NCBI GenBank assembly: GCA_048887225.1
Contig: JBHLJY010000028.1
Coordinates: 1 to 27,023, forward strand
Length of the DNA: 27,023 bases
Direction: 5' to 3'
Source: Candidatus Hodarchaeota archaeon
Lineage (GTDB): Archaea; Asgardarchaeota; Lokiarchaeia; Sigyniarchaeales; SOKP01
Part shown: positions 18,875-26,962 of the stretch, piece by piece
Numbering within the stretch: the first letter of the stretch is position 1
Layout: each line of letters begins with the position of its first letter
Program-made: the position numbers and the translations under genes
The notes under the pieces: generated by a model
Database searches by the model: none
What the model was told of the DNA's origin: nothing
The model's input: the letters and a program-made list of their open reading frames with translations, nothing else

Positions 18875-19357
18875 TTACAATATTTTTTCTAGTTCTATCT
18901 CATCTCTAATTGGGATTCCATCCATCCCTATTAATGGAATCTCTGGCTTTAATCGACGTAAATCCTCCGCAGCGTTACGATAAAGTGCTGACAAACTATA
19001 ACCCTTTTTCTGATAAAAACGAATAGCATTTAAGTTGTCGTTGGTGGTTACTAACCAAATGCGCTTACAACCTATAGATGAGGTATATTCCTCAATTTTA
19101 GCTATTAATTTGGATCCAATTCCAATATTCTCCTTAAGAATATTTAATGTGATTATTTCACAATCTTGATCATCAATTTTGAATGTTAAGAGCCCAACTC
19201 GTTTTCTTTCTTGGACGGTTACAAACCCCGTTAGTTGATCAACATAATGAACTTTTCCACGGGATACTACCCTAATTGAAGACCATTCTTTCTCTATCAC
19301 CTGACGTAACCAATTTAAATCATCTTTACGCAAAGAACGAATTAAAATAGAACTCAA
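18875..19357 (-). CDS. GNAT family N-acetyltransferase
   Basis: 'GIGSKLI', 'IWLVTTNDNLNAIRFYQKKGY', 'KPEIPLIG..GIPIRDEIELEK'. Confidence 0.92.
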   Translation of the reverse strand: MSSILIRSLRKDDLNWLRQVIEKEWSSIRVVSRGKVHYVDQLTGFVTVQERKRVGLLTFKIDDQDCEIITLNILKENIGIGSKLIAKIEEYTSSIGCKRIWLVTTNDNLNAIRFYQKKGYSLSALYRNAAEDLRRLKPEIPLIGMDGIPIRDEIELEKIL

Positions 19358-19419
19358 TTTTCCTAAACCTTTATATTTTCGCCAATTTATCTAATTGACT
19401 ATTTTATTTATAATTTAAT

Positions 19420-19561
19420 ATTTTTGATTAACTTTATATTTTCCATTTTACGTCAATGTATTCTAATGTAATTTGATAAGATTTTATATTTCTTGCTTAA
19501 ATTTTACTTCAATCTCTAAAATGGGGTAATTAATTGAATTAAAATTAAATTTGGAAAATTT
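19420..19561 (+). repeat. 142-bp direct repeat, copy 1
   Basis: Ungapped match to 22333-22474. The core 19439-19484 vs 22352-22397 differs at 1 of 46 positions. Confidence 0.9.
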
Positions 19562-19694
19562 GAAAGTGCTATTATTACTTAGTTTCATTTAAATATGACG
19601 ATATCTTTTTTTAAAAATTGATATAAGGATATGTCGCTACTAAAATAAAATTTAACAAAAAAAGTGAATAAAAAAATGTTTTAAAGGTGAACCT

Positions 19695-22265
19695 ATGAAA
19701 AAAAAAAAAATTTCTTACATAATAATCTGTAGTATTACTATTTTTTCTATATTACCAACTTTCTTTTTTTTTATGGATACTCCATCTAAAATGCATATTA
19801 ATTCTAATATTGAAACAAAAATGAATAATTTTTCTGTTTATCTTCCAAAAACATCAGGTGTTTCTCAGTTTAATGATATTGGAGATTATCTATATCTTGG
19901 AAATGATTATCTTAATATGAGCTTTAAAAAAAGTTTTAATTGTGGTATTGATTCATTCATAGAAAAATTTACTGGCAATGATTATTGTAATTCAAGTGGA
20001 GCGCTGCGAACCCTTTTTGCTTTCACATTCTACAATTCTACGTATGAAGGAATTTTTGCTCAATGGAATGCAATCAATTTAGATTACGGAATAAAACCAA
20101 TTAATAATGGACTGTGTCTTGAATTAAATTATTCACGCTTTTCAGATATTAATACTGAGGAGTATGATATTGATGTCTTTATTATTATAGAAATATATGA
20201 CACGGAAAAACTTACAAATTGGTCCATCAATATTTCAAATAATGCGCCAATTACAATAAAAGAGATCCTGTTTCCAGTTATTTTAGGAGTAAGTGGGCAA
20301 GTTGATTCTAAGTACGGTGATGAATACTTGTTATATCCAGTATTAGATGGAGTTATTTTACATTGTCCAAATAAAACTATTGATCAATATAATTCATTTT
20401 CAGGAATTTATCCATCAGATCTCTCTATGCAATTTATGGCATATGGAGATGAATTAAATGGTTTATATATCGCCACATACGACAACGAAGGATTTATTAA
20501 AAAATTTTGTTTTGATAGAGATCCTATCAACACGAACTGCTTAAGACTATACATATCATATTTAATTCCTGAATTAGAAGGAAACGATTTTAATCCATCG
20601 TTTAATGTGAAATTTGGAATTTACGAGGGTGATTGGAGAGCTGCTGCGGATATTTATAAAAATTGGGCAATAATGCAACCATGGACATCAAAGGGAACTG
20701 TAGACCAAAGAAATGATTTACCATCTTGGTGGAAAAAGACCGCGATTATAGTAATTGAAAACTATAAAGATGATGATCTTTCTAAACCTGAAATCCCTCT
20801 TTCTGAATTTAATACAATCACAAAATCAATTTCAGATATGACAGGATTAAATATAACAACATTATTCATGGGATGGGAGCAAAATGGATCTTGGATTGGA
20901 CCCAACCAATTTCCTCCACGTGAGGGAAATATTCCTTTTATCTCTGCTATAGAATCACTAAAAAATGATGGAAATCATGGATTTATAATGCTTTCAGGTA
21001 CGGTCTGGAGAGTTGAGAGACCTGACCTTAACCCACCTTATAATGGTACGGATTATTTCTTAAATAATGGGATTGATTGGGTTGCGATTAATGCTACTCA
21101 TGAACCATATTATGATGAATTTTATACTAGTTATGGTTGGAAGGCTGCTCGAATGTGTGTTGCTACGGATAAATGGAGAGAATATGTAATAAATAACTCG
21201 ATAAAGGCAGTAGAATTAGGATTAGATGTTTTATCTATTGATGAATTTCCAGTAGGAAGTATATATCCTTGTTATAATGATACCCATGGTCATCCTCTTG
21301 GTTATGGCAAATATCAATCAGATCAATACAAAAAAATGTTGGAGGACATTCGTTCAGAATGTAGGAATCGCAATCCTAATTTTATAATGAGCACGGAAAC
21401 ACCAAATGAGATGTATATCCCTTATATTGATACTTATTTATCAAGAGATAATTCTCCAGAGTGGCTAGTTTATCGTGGGTTTGCGAATGCCCTTGGAAAT
21501 TCAATAGAATTTGCACCTCTTTTTACATATATTTATCATGAATATTTAACAACTTTTGGTGAATGGCTCCCAATACATAACTATAGTTCTAGTCTACTTA
21601 ATGATATTATTTATAATCAACATGCTCGTAGTTTGGGAGAAAGTTTCGTCAGAGGAAAAATTCAGAATGCAAGATACGGTAATTCAACAAATATCGTTCC
21701 TGAACTTATTGAGTTATATAATCGAACAGCTCAAGCCATAGGAACATATGGTAATAAATATCTCATCGAAGGAAAAATGCTTACAGCCCCAAAAATTACA
21801 GTTCCAGAAATAAATATAACTTGGCTCTATTCATATCCACCATTAATTTGGGGACCAAATTTAACATCTCCAGCCATTCTACATAATGCTTGGCAATCTC
21901 CTGATGATTGTATAGGATATACGTTTGTTAATTTAAAGGATGAGATAATAAATTTCAATATCAATATTTCTGCATATGAATTGTCTCATTCAAGATATAA
22001 TTTAAGAAAAACTAAAAATGGAATTCAAGAAATTCTTTATGCAAATACAGAATTACCAATAACAATTAATTTATCTTTAGGATTTAATGATGTTGTAATT
22101 ATTGAGGTTATCCCTTATAATATACCTATTATTTTTGGTGGTTCAAATGATTCAAAAAATAAAAACAAGGAAGAAAATATAATTAGTATTGGGATAGCGC
22201 CACTCTTATTGATTGCTTTAATCACTATTTTATTGAAAATGAAGAGAACTAAGAAAAAGATTTAA
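19695..22265 (+). CDS. Membrane-anchored putative glycoside hydrolase (DUF6259-like TIM barrel)
   Basis: N- and C-terminal hydrophobic anchors. Motifs 'YPSDLSMQFMAY', 'GDWRAAADIYKNWA', 'RMCVATDKW', 'LSIDE..PCY...HGHP.G.G', 'STETPNEMYIPY', 'PLFTYIYHEY'. SD AAGGTGA upstream. Confidence 0.7.
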   Translation: MKKKKISYIIICSITIFSILPTFFFFMDTPSKMHINSNIETKMNNFSVYLPKTSGVSQFNDIGDYLYLGNDYLNMSFKKSFNCGIDSFIEKFTGNDYCNSSGALRTLFAFTFYNSTYEGIFAQWNAINLDYGIKPINNGLCLELNYSRFSDINTEEYDIDVFIIIEIYDTEKLTNWSINISNNAPITIKEILFPVILGVSGQVDSKYGDEYLLYPVLDGVILHCPNKTIDQYNSFSGIYPSDLSMQFMAYGDELNGLYIATYDNEGFIKKFCFDRDPINTNCLRLYISYLIPELEGNDFNPSFNVKFGIYEGDWRAAADIYKNWAIMQPWTSKGTVDQRNDLPSWWKKTAIIVIENYKDDDLSKPEIPLSEFNTITKSISDMTGLNITTLFMGWEQNGSWIGPNQFPPREGNIPFISAIESLKNDGNHGFIMLSGTVWRVERPDLNPPYNGTDYFLNNGIDWVAINATHEPYYDEFYTSYGWKAARMCVATDKWREYVINNSIKAVELGLDVLSIDEFPVGSIYPCYNDTHGHPLGYGKYQSDQYKKMLEDIRSECRNRNPNFIMSTETPNEMYIPYIDTYLSRDNSPEWLVYRGFANALGNSIEFAPLFTYIYHEYLTTFGEWLPIHNYSSSLLNDIIYNQHARSLGESFVRGKIQNARYGNSTNIVPELIELYNRTAQAIGTYGNKYLIEGKMLTAPKITVPEINITWLYSYPPLIWGPNLTSPAILHNAWQSPDDCIGYTFVNLKDEIINFNINISAYELSHSRYNLRKTKNGIQEILYANTELPITINLSLGFNDVVIIEVIPYNIPIIFGGSNDSKNKNKEENIISIGIAPLLLIALITILLKMKRTKKKI

Positions 22266-22292
22266 TTGTATATTTGTTCTAAGATATAAGAT
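22265..22292 (+). repeat. 28-bp site 3 (spacer GTTCTA)
   Basis: ATTGTATATTT-GTTCTA-AGATATAAGAT. Overlaps the last base of the upstream stop codon. Confidence 0.8.
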
Positions 22293-22332
22293 TCCCCATG
22301 TCTAAATATTATTTACTTTTTAGTATGAATAA

Positions 22333-22474
22333 ATTTTTGGTTAATTTTTTGTTTTCCATTTTGCGTCAATGTATTCTAATGTAATTTGATAAGATTTAAC
22401 TTTTCTTGCTTATATAATACTCCAATTTTTAAAATAAGTTAAAAAATTTAATTAAAATTAAATTTGAAAAATTT
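22333..22474 (+). repeat. 142-bp direct repeat, copy 2
   Basis: Ungapped match to 19420-19561. Confidence 0.9.
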
Positions 22475-22644
22475 CATACTTCAATAATTGTATAGGTATA
22501 TTTATATATGATCATATCGGATCATTCGTTATCATGACATTTCTATATCATCATACACCAACATCCCCGAATTAAACACTTTAGTTTATTTATTTTTAAG
22601 CTTGTTTCAAACCGAAACAGGCGAAATAAAATTTACTGAAAAAA

Positions 22645-24876
22645 GTGATAAAAGAAATGTTAAACAAATCAAAAATTATATTAAAAAGCAGAAAGAAAAC
22701 AATTATTTCGATTGCGACGGTACTTTTCATAGGGATAATGTTATCAAGTATTTTTCTTGCAACTGCTAATACACAAATAGCTGATGTAGGAAAGAAATCT
22801 AGTGAAATTAATGAAGAAATAGGAGCTACAGGGAATGATAATTCTTTGGTTACAGATGAATTCCAAGAGGATATTAATACTTTTTCGGATGATATAATCA
22901 GTAGTTCTCAATATGGTGTTTCCGAAATGAAAATTCGAGAAGATAACAAAGTTGAATTTGTTGTAAAAAGAGATAGTTTGGAATTCTCTCCAGAAGCGAA
23001 TCAACTTATTAGTGAGTATGATGTTGAAATTCATAAAGAACACCCTTCAATTAACTCCAGTATAGTCTATATCTCACTAGATTCAATTGAAAATTTTATA
23101 CTCGATGCAAAATCCACTCCTGGAATCGCCTACGCTGAACCTAACTTTTATGATAAGATTGATTTTATCCCCAATGATCCATTTTATGGTTATGAGGATT
23201 ATCAATGGGATTTACCATTAATAGGCATGGAAATAGCATGGGATTATCAATTAGGTTCTCATAATGTACTTGTTGCGGTTATTGATACTGGTATTGATTA
23301 TAACCATCCTGATCTTATAGGAAATTATGTTCCCTTAGGACATGATTGGGTTAATAATGATAATGATCCAATGGATGATGCTTTCGATGGGCACGGAACT
23401 CATGTGGCAGGCACGATTGCGGCGAGTATTAATAATGGAATAGGTATTGCTGGTATGGCTGATGTTTCTATATTTGCTGAAAAATCAGCAGATGCAGAAG
23501 GCGATACCACACATCTAAACTTCAGAGCTGCAGTAATGCATGCAGTAGATAGTGGAGCTGATATTATTAGTTATAGTAGTAGCGGTGCTCACTCCACAAC
23601 AAAACGAGAAGCTATTGATTATGCAATAAATCACGGTGTTATGGTAGTAGCCTCAGCAGGAAATGAAGCAACTGGTAGTCCTCTATATCCTGCAGCTTAT
23701 CCTGAAGTAATAGCTGTTGCATCAACCGACCAAAACGACCAAAGAGCATCTGATTCTAATTATGGCAATTGGATTGATTTCTCGGCACCTGGAGTTGATA
23801 TCGTTTCTACATTTCCAGAAAATCAGTATGCTCTTGGGAGTGGTACATCCATGGCTTGTCCTCATGTGTCGGGTCTCGCAGCTCTACTTATGAGCGAATT
23901 TACAACCTATACTCCAAGTCAAATTGAAGATTTAATAAGGAATAATGTTGTTGATCTTGGCACTCCTGGATTTGATATTTTTTATGGATGGGGTAGAATT
24001 GATGCAAGTAATATATTTTTTATAGATCCTCAAAATCCCATTTTGATTGATGATACTTCTTCGAATAACTGGCAATGGGCCAAAGAAGAATATAGTTTAC
24101 CTGGATTTGGCACTATATCCAACCCATATATAATTGAGTCTAAAACCATTAACGGTGAAGGGATTTCGGTAGCTTGTATAGAAATTAGAAATTCCAACCA
24201 GTATTTTATAATAAGAAATTCGTTTCTTTCCGATTCATTTTACGGACTCAAATTATATAAAACTGATAACGGAAAAATAGAGGGTAACTGGATTATGTCA
24301 TGTGACTATGGAATATTTACAATTTATAGTGATAATAACATTATTTCAGAAAATTGGATTTACTTTAATGATCATGATGGGATGTTTATATCAGGTAGTG
24401 ATCATAACATAATTTCTGATAATACAGTGCATTCTAATGGAGATGGGGGAATATATTTGGGTCAATCACACTCTAATCAGATTATCGACAATAATGAAAT
24501 TTATAATAATAAGAAAGAGGGGATTAGGACAATAAACAGCAATAATAATCATATTATGGAAAACACTATTTATGACAATAATATCGGGATTTCTATTGAA
24601 GGTTCAGATTCAACGTTGTCTTGTATTTATTTGAATAATGTAAATGACAATACAATCGGGATATATTTATACCAAAGTAATAATTTTTGGATTTTGGCTA
24701 ACGAATTAAATAGTAACTGGTGGATTGGAATTGCTATATTAGAATGTAATTCTATTTATGCTGTTTATAACACCATTAGCGATAGTGGATGCGGAATAGC
24801 TTTACTGGGTTGTGTTAGCTGCGCACAATCGGGGAATACCTTCATTAATTGTAATAATGATGTCATTGAGGCATAA
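22645..24876 (+). CDS. Secreted S8 subtilisin-like serine protease with C-terminal parallel beta-helix (NosD-like) repeats
   Basis: Catalytic triad 'VIDTG', 'HGTHVAG', 'GTSMACPH'. Oxyanion motif 'SAGN'. Repeated 'GIxxxxSxxNxIxxNxI'. The start may be ATG 22657. Confidence 0.93.
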   Translation: MIKEMLNKSKIILKSRKKTIISIATVLFIGIMLSSIFLATANTQIADVGKKSSEINEEIGATGNDNSLVTDEFQEDINTFSDDIISSSQYGVSEMKIREDNKVEFVVKRDSLEFSPEANQLISEYDVEIHKEHPSINSSIVYISLDSIENFILDAKSTPGIAYAEPNFYDKIDFIPNDPFYGYEDYQWDLPLIGMEIAWDYQLGSHNVLVAVIDTGIDYNHPDLIGNYVPLGHDWVNNDNDPMDDAFDGHGTHVAGTIAASINNGIGIAGMADVSIFAEKSADAEGDTTHLNFRAAVMHAVDSGADIISYSSSGAHSTTKREAIDYAINHGVMVVASAGNEATGSPLYPAAYPEVIAVASTDQNDQRASDSNYGNWIDFSAPGVDIVSTFPENQYALGSGTSMACPHVSGLAALLMSEFTTYTPSQIEDLIRNNVVDLGTPGFDIFYGWGRIDASNIFFIDPQNPILIDDTSSNNWQWAKEEYSLPGFGTISNPYIIESKTINGEGISVACIEIRNSNQYFIIRNSFLSDSFYGLKLYKTDNGKIEGNWIMSCDYGIFTIYSDNNIISENWIYFNDHDGMFISGSDHNIISDNTVHSNGDGGIYLGQSHSNQIIDNNEIYNNKKEGIRTINSNNNHIMENTIYDNNIGISIEGSDSTLSCIYLNNVNDNTIGIYLYQSNNFWILANELNSNWWIGIAILECNSIYAVYNTISDSGCGIALLGCVSCAQSGNTFINCNNDVIEA

Positions 24877-25047
24877 TAATTACTATAATCCGTGAAATAC
24901 AATCATATTCGGAGTTTCTGCTGTACTGATCATCGAAGACTAATCTAAATCGCCACGAAGAAGAGAAAAACGTAAAGCAAATCGAAATGTTAACTCAAAG
25001 TCTAAATCCTTTTTTTTTATTTTTTTAATCATTAAATCTTAGATTGA

Positions 25048-25147
25048 ATTATATATTTAGTTCAAGAGATAAGAATCTCTAAGGTTACCTATTTAAAAAT
25101 GCCAAATTTCAATTAATAATTTTTAAATAGTGAACGTACATAAATGT
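25048..25147 (+). repeat. 28-bp site 4 (25048-25075, spacer AGTTCA) plus long conserved right flank
   Basis: ATTATATATTT-AGTTCA-AGAGATAAGAA. 25059-25147 matches 26874-26962 at about 78/89 positions by manual count. Confidence 0.88.
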
Positions 25148-25183
25148 AAAATATATAATTAAAAAAAGAGAGGTTAAAAACCA

Positions 25184-25459
25184 ATGGAAAAAGAAATAAG
25201 AGAAGAAAAAAATAAAACTGAAACAAATAAAGAATTCATCCAAGACCAAATAGAGAGCTTCTTAGAATTATTCAAATATGCTAAGGGTAACATAGGTATT
25301 TATAAAGATCAGATAAAAGAATTCCTAAGATTAATAGTTGCCCAGGGGCATCTAAATAAATTAGATGAAAATTATAAAAGAAAATTTGCAGAAATCAATA
25401 ACCGTTATAAAGAAGAATTCAAACCCGCAAAACCTAAAGTAGTATATGATGATTTTTAA
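25184..25459 (+). CDS. Hypothetical protein (91 aa)
   Basis: SD GAGAGGT upstream, helical charged composition, poly-T tract after the stop. Confidence 0.7.
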   Translation: MEKEIREEKNKTETNKEFIQDQIESFLELFKYAKGNIGIYKDQIKEFLRLIVAQGHLNKLDENYKRKFAEINNRYKEEFKPAKPKVVYDDF

Positions 25460-25495
25460 TTTTTTTTTCTTTTTTTTTATCTTATCCTGGATTGG

Positions 25496-25523
25496 ATTAA
25501 ATATCTGTTCTAAGATATAAGAT
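25496..25523 (+). repeat. 28-bp site 5 (spacer GTTCTA), nested in a 10-bp perfect inverted repeat
   Basis: ATTAAATATCT-GTTCTA-AGATATAAGAT, flanked by TCCTGGATTG (25485-25494) and CAATCCAGGA (25532-25541). Confidence 0.85.
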
Positions 25524-25551
25524 CTCCCTGTCAATCCAGGAATTTATTTCG

Positions 25552-25704
25552 TTATTCATTTTCGCCCATTTCCTCATCTTCATCATTTTTTTTATTCCAG
25601 TCATTGTCCTCTTCTTTTGTTTTGGCTTCCTCACGATTTCTACTCCTCTCATTCCATTCATCAGTTTTAATTTGTTTTTTCCATTTTTTAAAGTATTTTG
25701 GCAA
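25552..25704 (-). CDS. 50-aa basic/acidic microprotein
   Basis: SD AAGGTGA then TTG. MPKYFKKWKKQIKTDEWNERSRNREEAKTKEEDNDWNKKNDEDEEMGENE*. Confidence 0.65.
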   Translation of the reverse strand: MPKYFKKWKKQIKTDEWNERSRNREEAKTKEEDNDWNKKNDEDEEMGENE

Positions 25705-25848
25705 AGGTTTCACCTTCTTTTTAACTAAATTTGGATTTTAAAGCAATATATAATTTGATTGTTCTATATTTAAATTTTTACATTATTATCAAAATGTCTT
25801 AAAATAATAGCCTTTTTCTTAGATTTAAAGAGTTCTAACAATTCAATA

Positions 25849-25876
25849 ATAATATATTTAGTTCAAGATATAAGAT
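25849..25876 (+). repeat. 28-bp site 6 (spacer AGTTCA)
   Basis: ATAATATATTT-AGTTCA-AGATATAAGAT. Right flank TGAAATGAAAAAAAA resembles that of site 1. Confidence 0.82.
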
Positions 25877-25948
25877 TGAAATGAAAAAAAAGAAGAATTT
25901 AAAATTTTATATATTAAATAAACATATTTCTATTCAAAAAATATTAAT

Positions 25949-26821
25949 GTGAAAAATATGGAAATTTTTGAACAAATGGAAGAAAAATACATAGAATGTT
26001 ATGGCGGTGTAAAGTTACACACGATGATGATTGGGGAGGGAGAACCATTAATCTTGCTACATGGATTTCCTGATTTCTGGTATGGATGGAAGAATGTAAT
26101 TTTGGGTCTGAAAGACGAATTTAAGTTAATTGTACCTGATACACGAGGTATAAATTTGTCATCGAAACCTGAGGGGATTGAAAACTATTCATTAGACTAT
26201 TTAGTTGAGGATATTAAAATTTTAAGTGAAAAATTAAATCTTAGCTTGTTTACTCTTGTTGGACACGATTGGGGTGGAGCTATTGCTTGGGCTTTTGCTT
26301 ATAAATATCCTGAACTACTAAAAAAGCTTGTAATAATTGATTCTGCACATCCAAAAATCTTTAGGAAATATATTAAAGAAAACCCAAAACAAAGAAGATC
26401 GAGTGGTTATATGCGTGTATTATTAAAACCTGGTGGAGAACAAAGTCTGTTTAAAAACGACATGATGGGACCGAAAGCAGCTGTTTTTGGAACTGCACGA
26501 AAAAAAGGTGCTTTTACCGAAGAAGACAAGCAATTATATATTGAATCTTGGTCTCAACCGAACTCACTCTTATGCGCTGTAAACTATTACAGGGCAAATA
26601 GAAATATTACTCAATCAGTTGGATTTATCGAAGTTCCCACATTAGTCATCCATGGGATGAAAGATAATTTCGTAAGACCACTCGTCCTTGAAGGATTATC
26701 AGAACTTGTAAAAGATTTAAAAATAGTGAAAGTGGAACACTCAAGTCACTGGGTAATGCATGATGCTCCAGAATTAGTTTACTCGAATATAAAAGAATTT
26801 GTTAAAAGTAATCCTTATTAG
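25949..26821 (+). CDS. Alpha/beta-fold hydrolase, epoxide hydrolase-like
   Basis: 'LLHGFP', nucleophile 'GHDWGG', 'NYYRA', 'HGMKD', 'SHWV'. The start may be ATG 25958. Confidence 0.92.
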   Translation: MKNMEIFEQMEEKYIECYGGVKLHTMMIGEGEPLILLHGFPDFWYGWKNVILGLKDEFKLIVPDTRGINLSSKPEGIENYSLDYLVEDIKILSEKLNLSLFTLVGHDWGGAIAWAFAYKYPELLKKLVIIDSAHPKIFRKYIKENPKQRRSSGYMRVLLKPGGEQSLFKNDMMGPKAAVFGTARKKGAFTEEDKQLYIESWSQPNSLLCAVNYYRANRNITQSVGFIEVPTLVIHGMKDNFVRPLVLEGLSELVKDLKIVKVEHSSHWVMHDAPELVYSNIKEFVKSNPY

Positions 26822-26862
26822 AACTCTCAAAAGTTATAAGTAAATAGATTCGGCTCGATATT

Positions 26863-26962
26863 TATAATTATTTAATTCAAGATATAAGATTTTCTACGTT
26901 TACCTAGTCAAAAAAGCCAAATTTCAATTAATAATTTTTAAATAGGGAAAGTACATAAATGT
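26863..26962 (+). repeat. 28-bp site 7 (26863-26890, spacer AATTCA) plus long conserved right flank
   Basis: TATAATTATTT-AATTCA-AGATATAAGAT, followed by the flank shared with sites 2 and 4. Confidence 0.85.

Noticed and set aside
22600-22622. Hairpin GCTTGTTTC-AAACC-GAAACAGGC as a SECIS or ncRNA
   Set aside because: A single short stem in a 5' region with no in-frame TGA candidate. It cannot be assigned.
4013-23043. Short overlapping ORFs from the track (4013, 5582, 7666, 9615, 10327, 11025, 11680, 13201, 14348, 14443, 14783, 15984, 16993, 17630, 21556, 22744)
   Set aside because: They are antisense or out-of-frame shadows of well-supported genes, or low-complexity AT tracts, with no motifs.
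16808-26890. CRISPR array interpretation of the recurring GTTC(T)AAGAT motif
   Set aside because: Copies are 0.35-4.9 kb apart and separated by whole genes rather than 30-45-bp spacers. No cas genes are present.
16808-26890. Classical integron attC array
   Set aside because: No RYYYAAC...GTTRRRY boundaries, cargo genes occur in both orientations, and no IntI is in the window.
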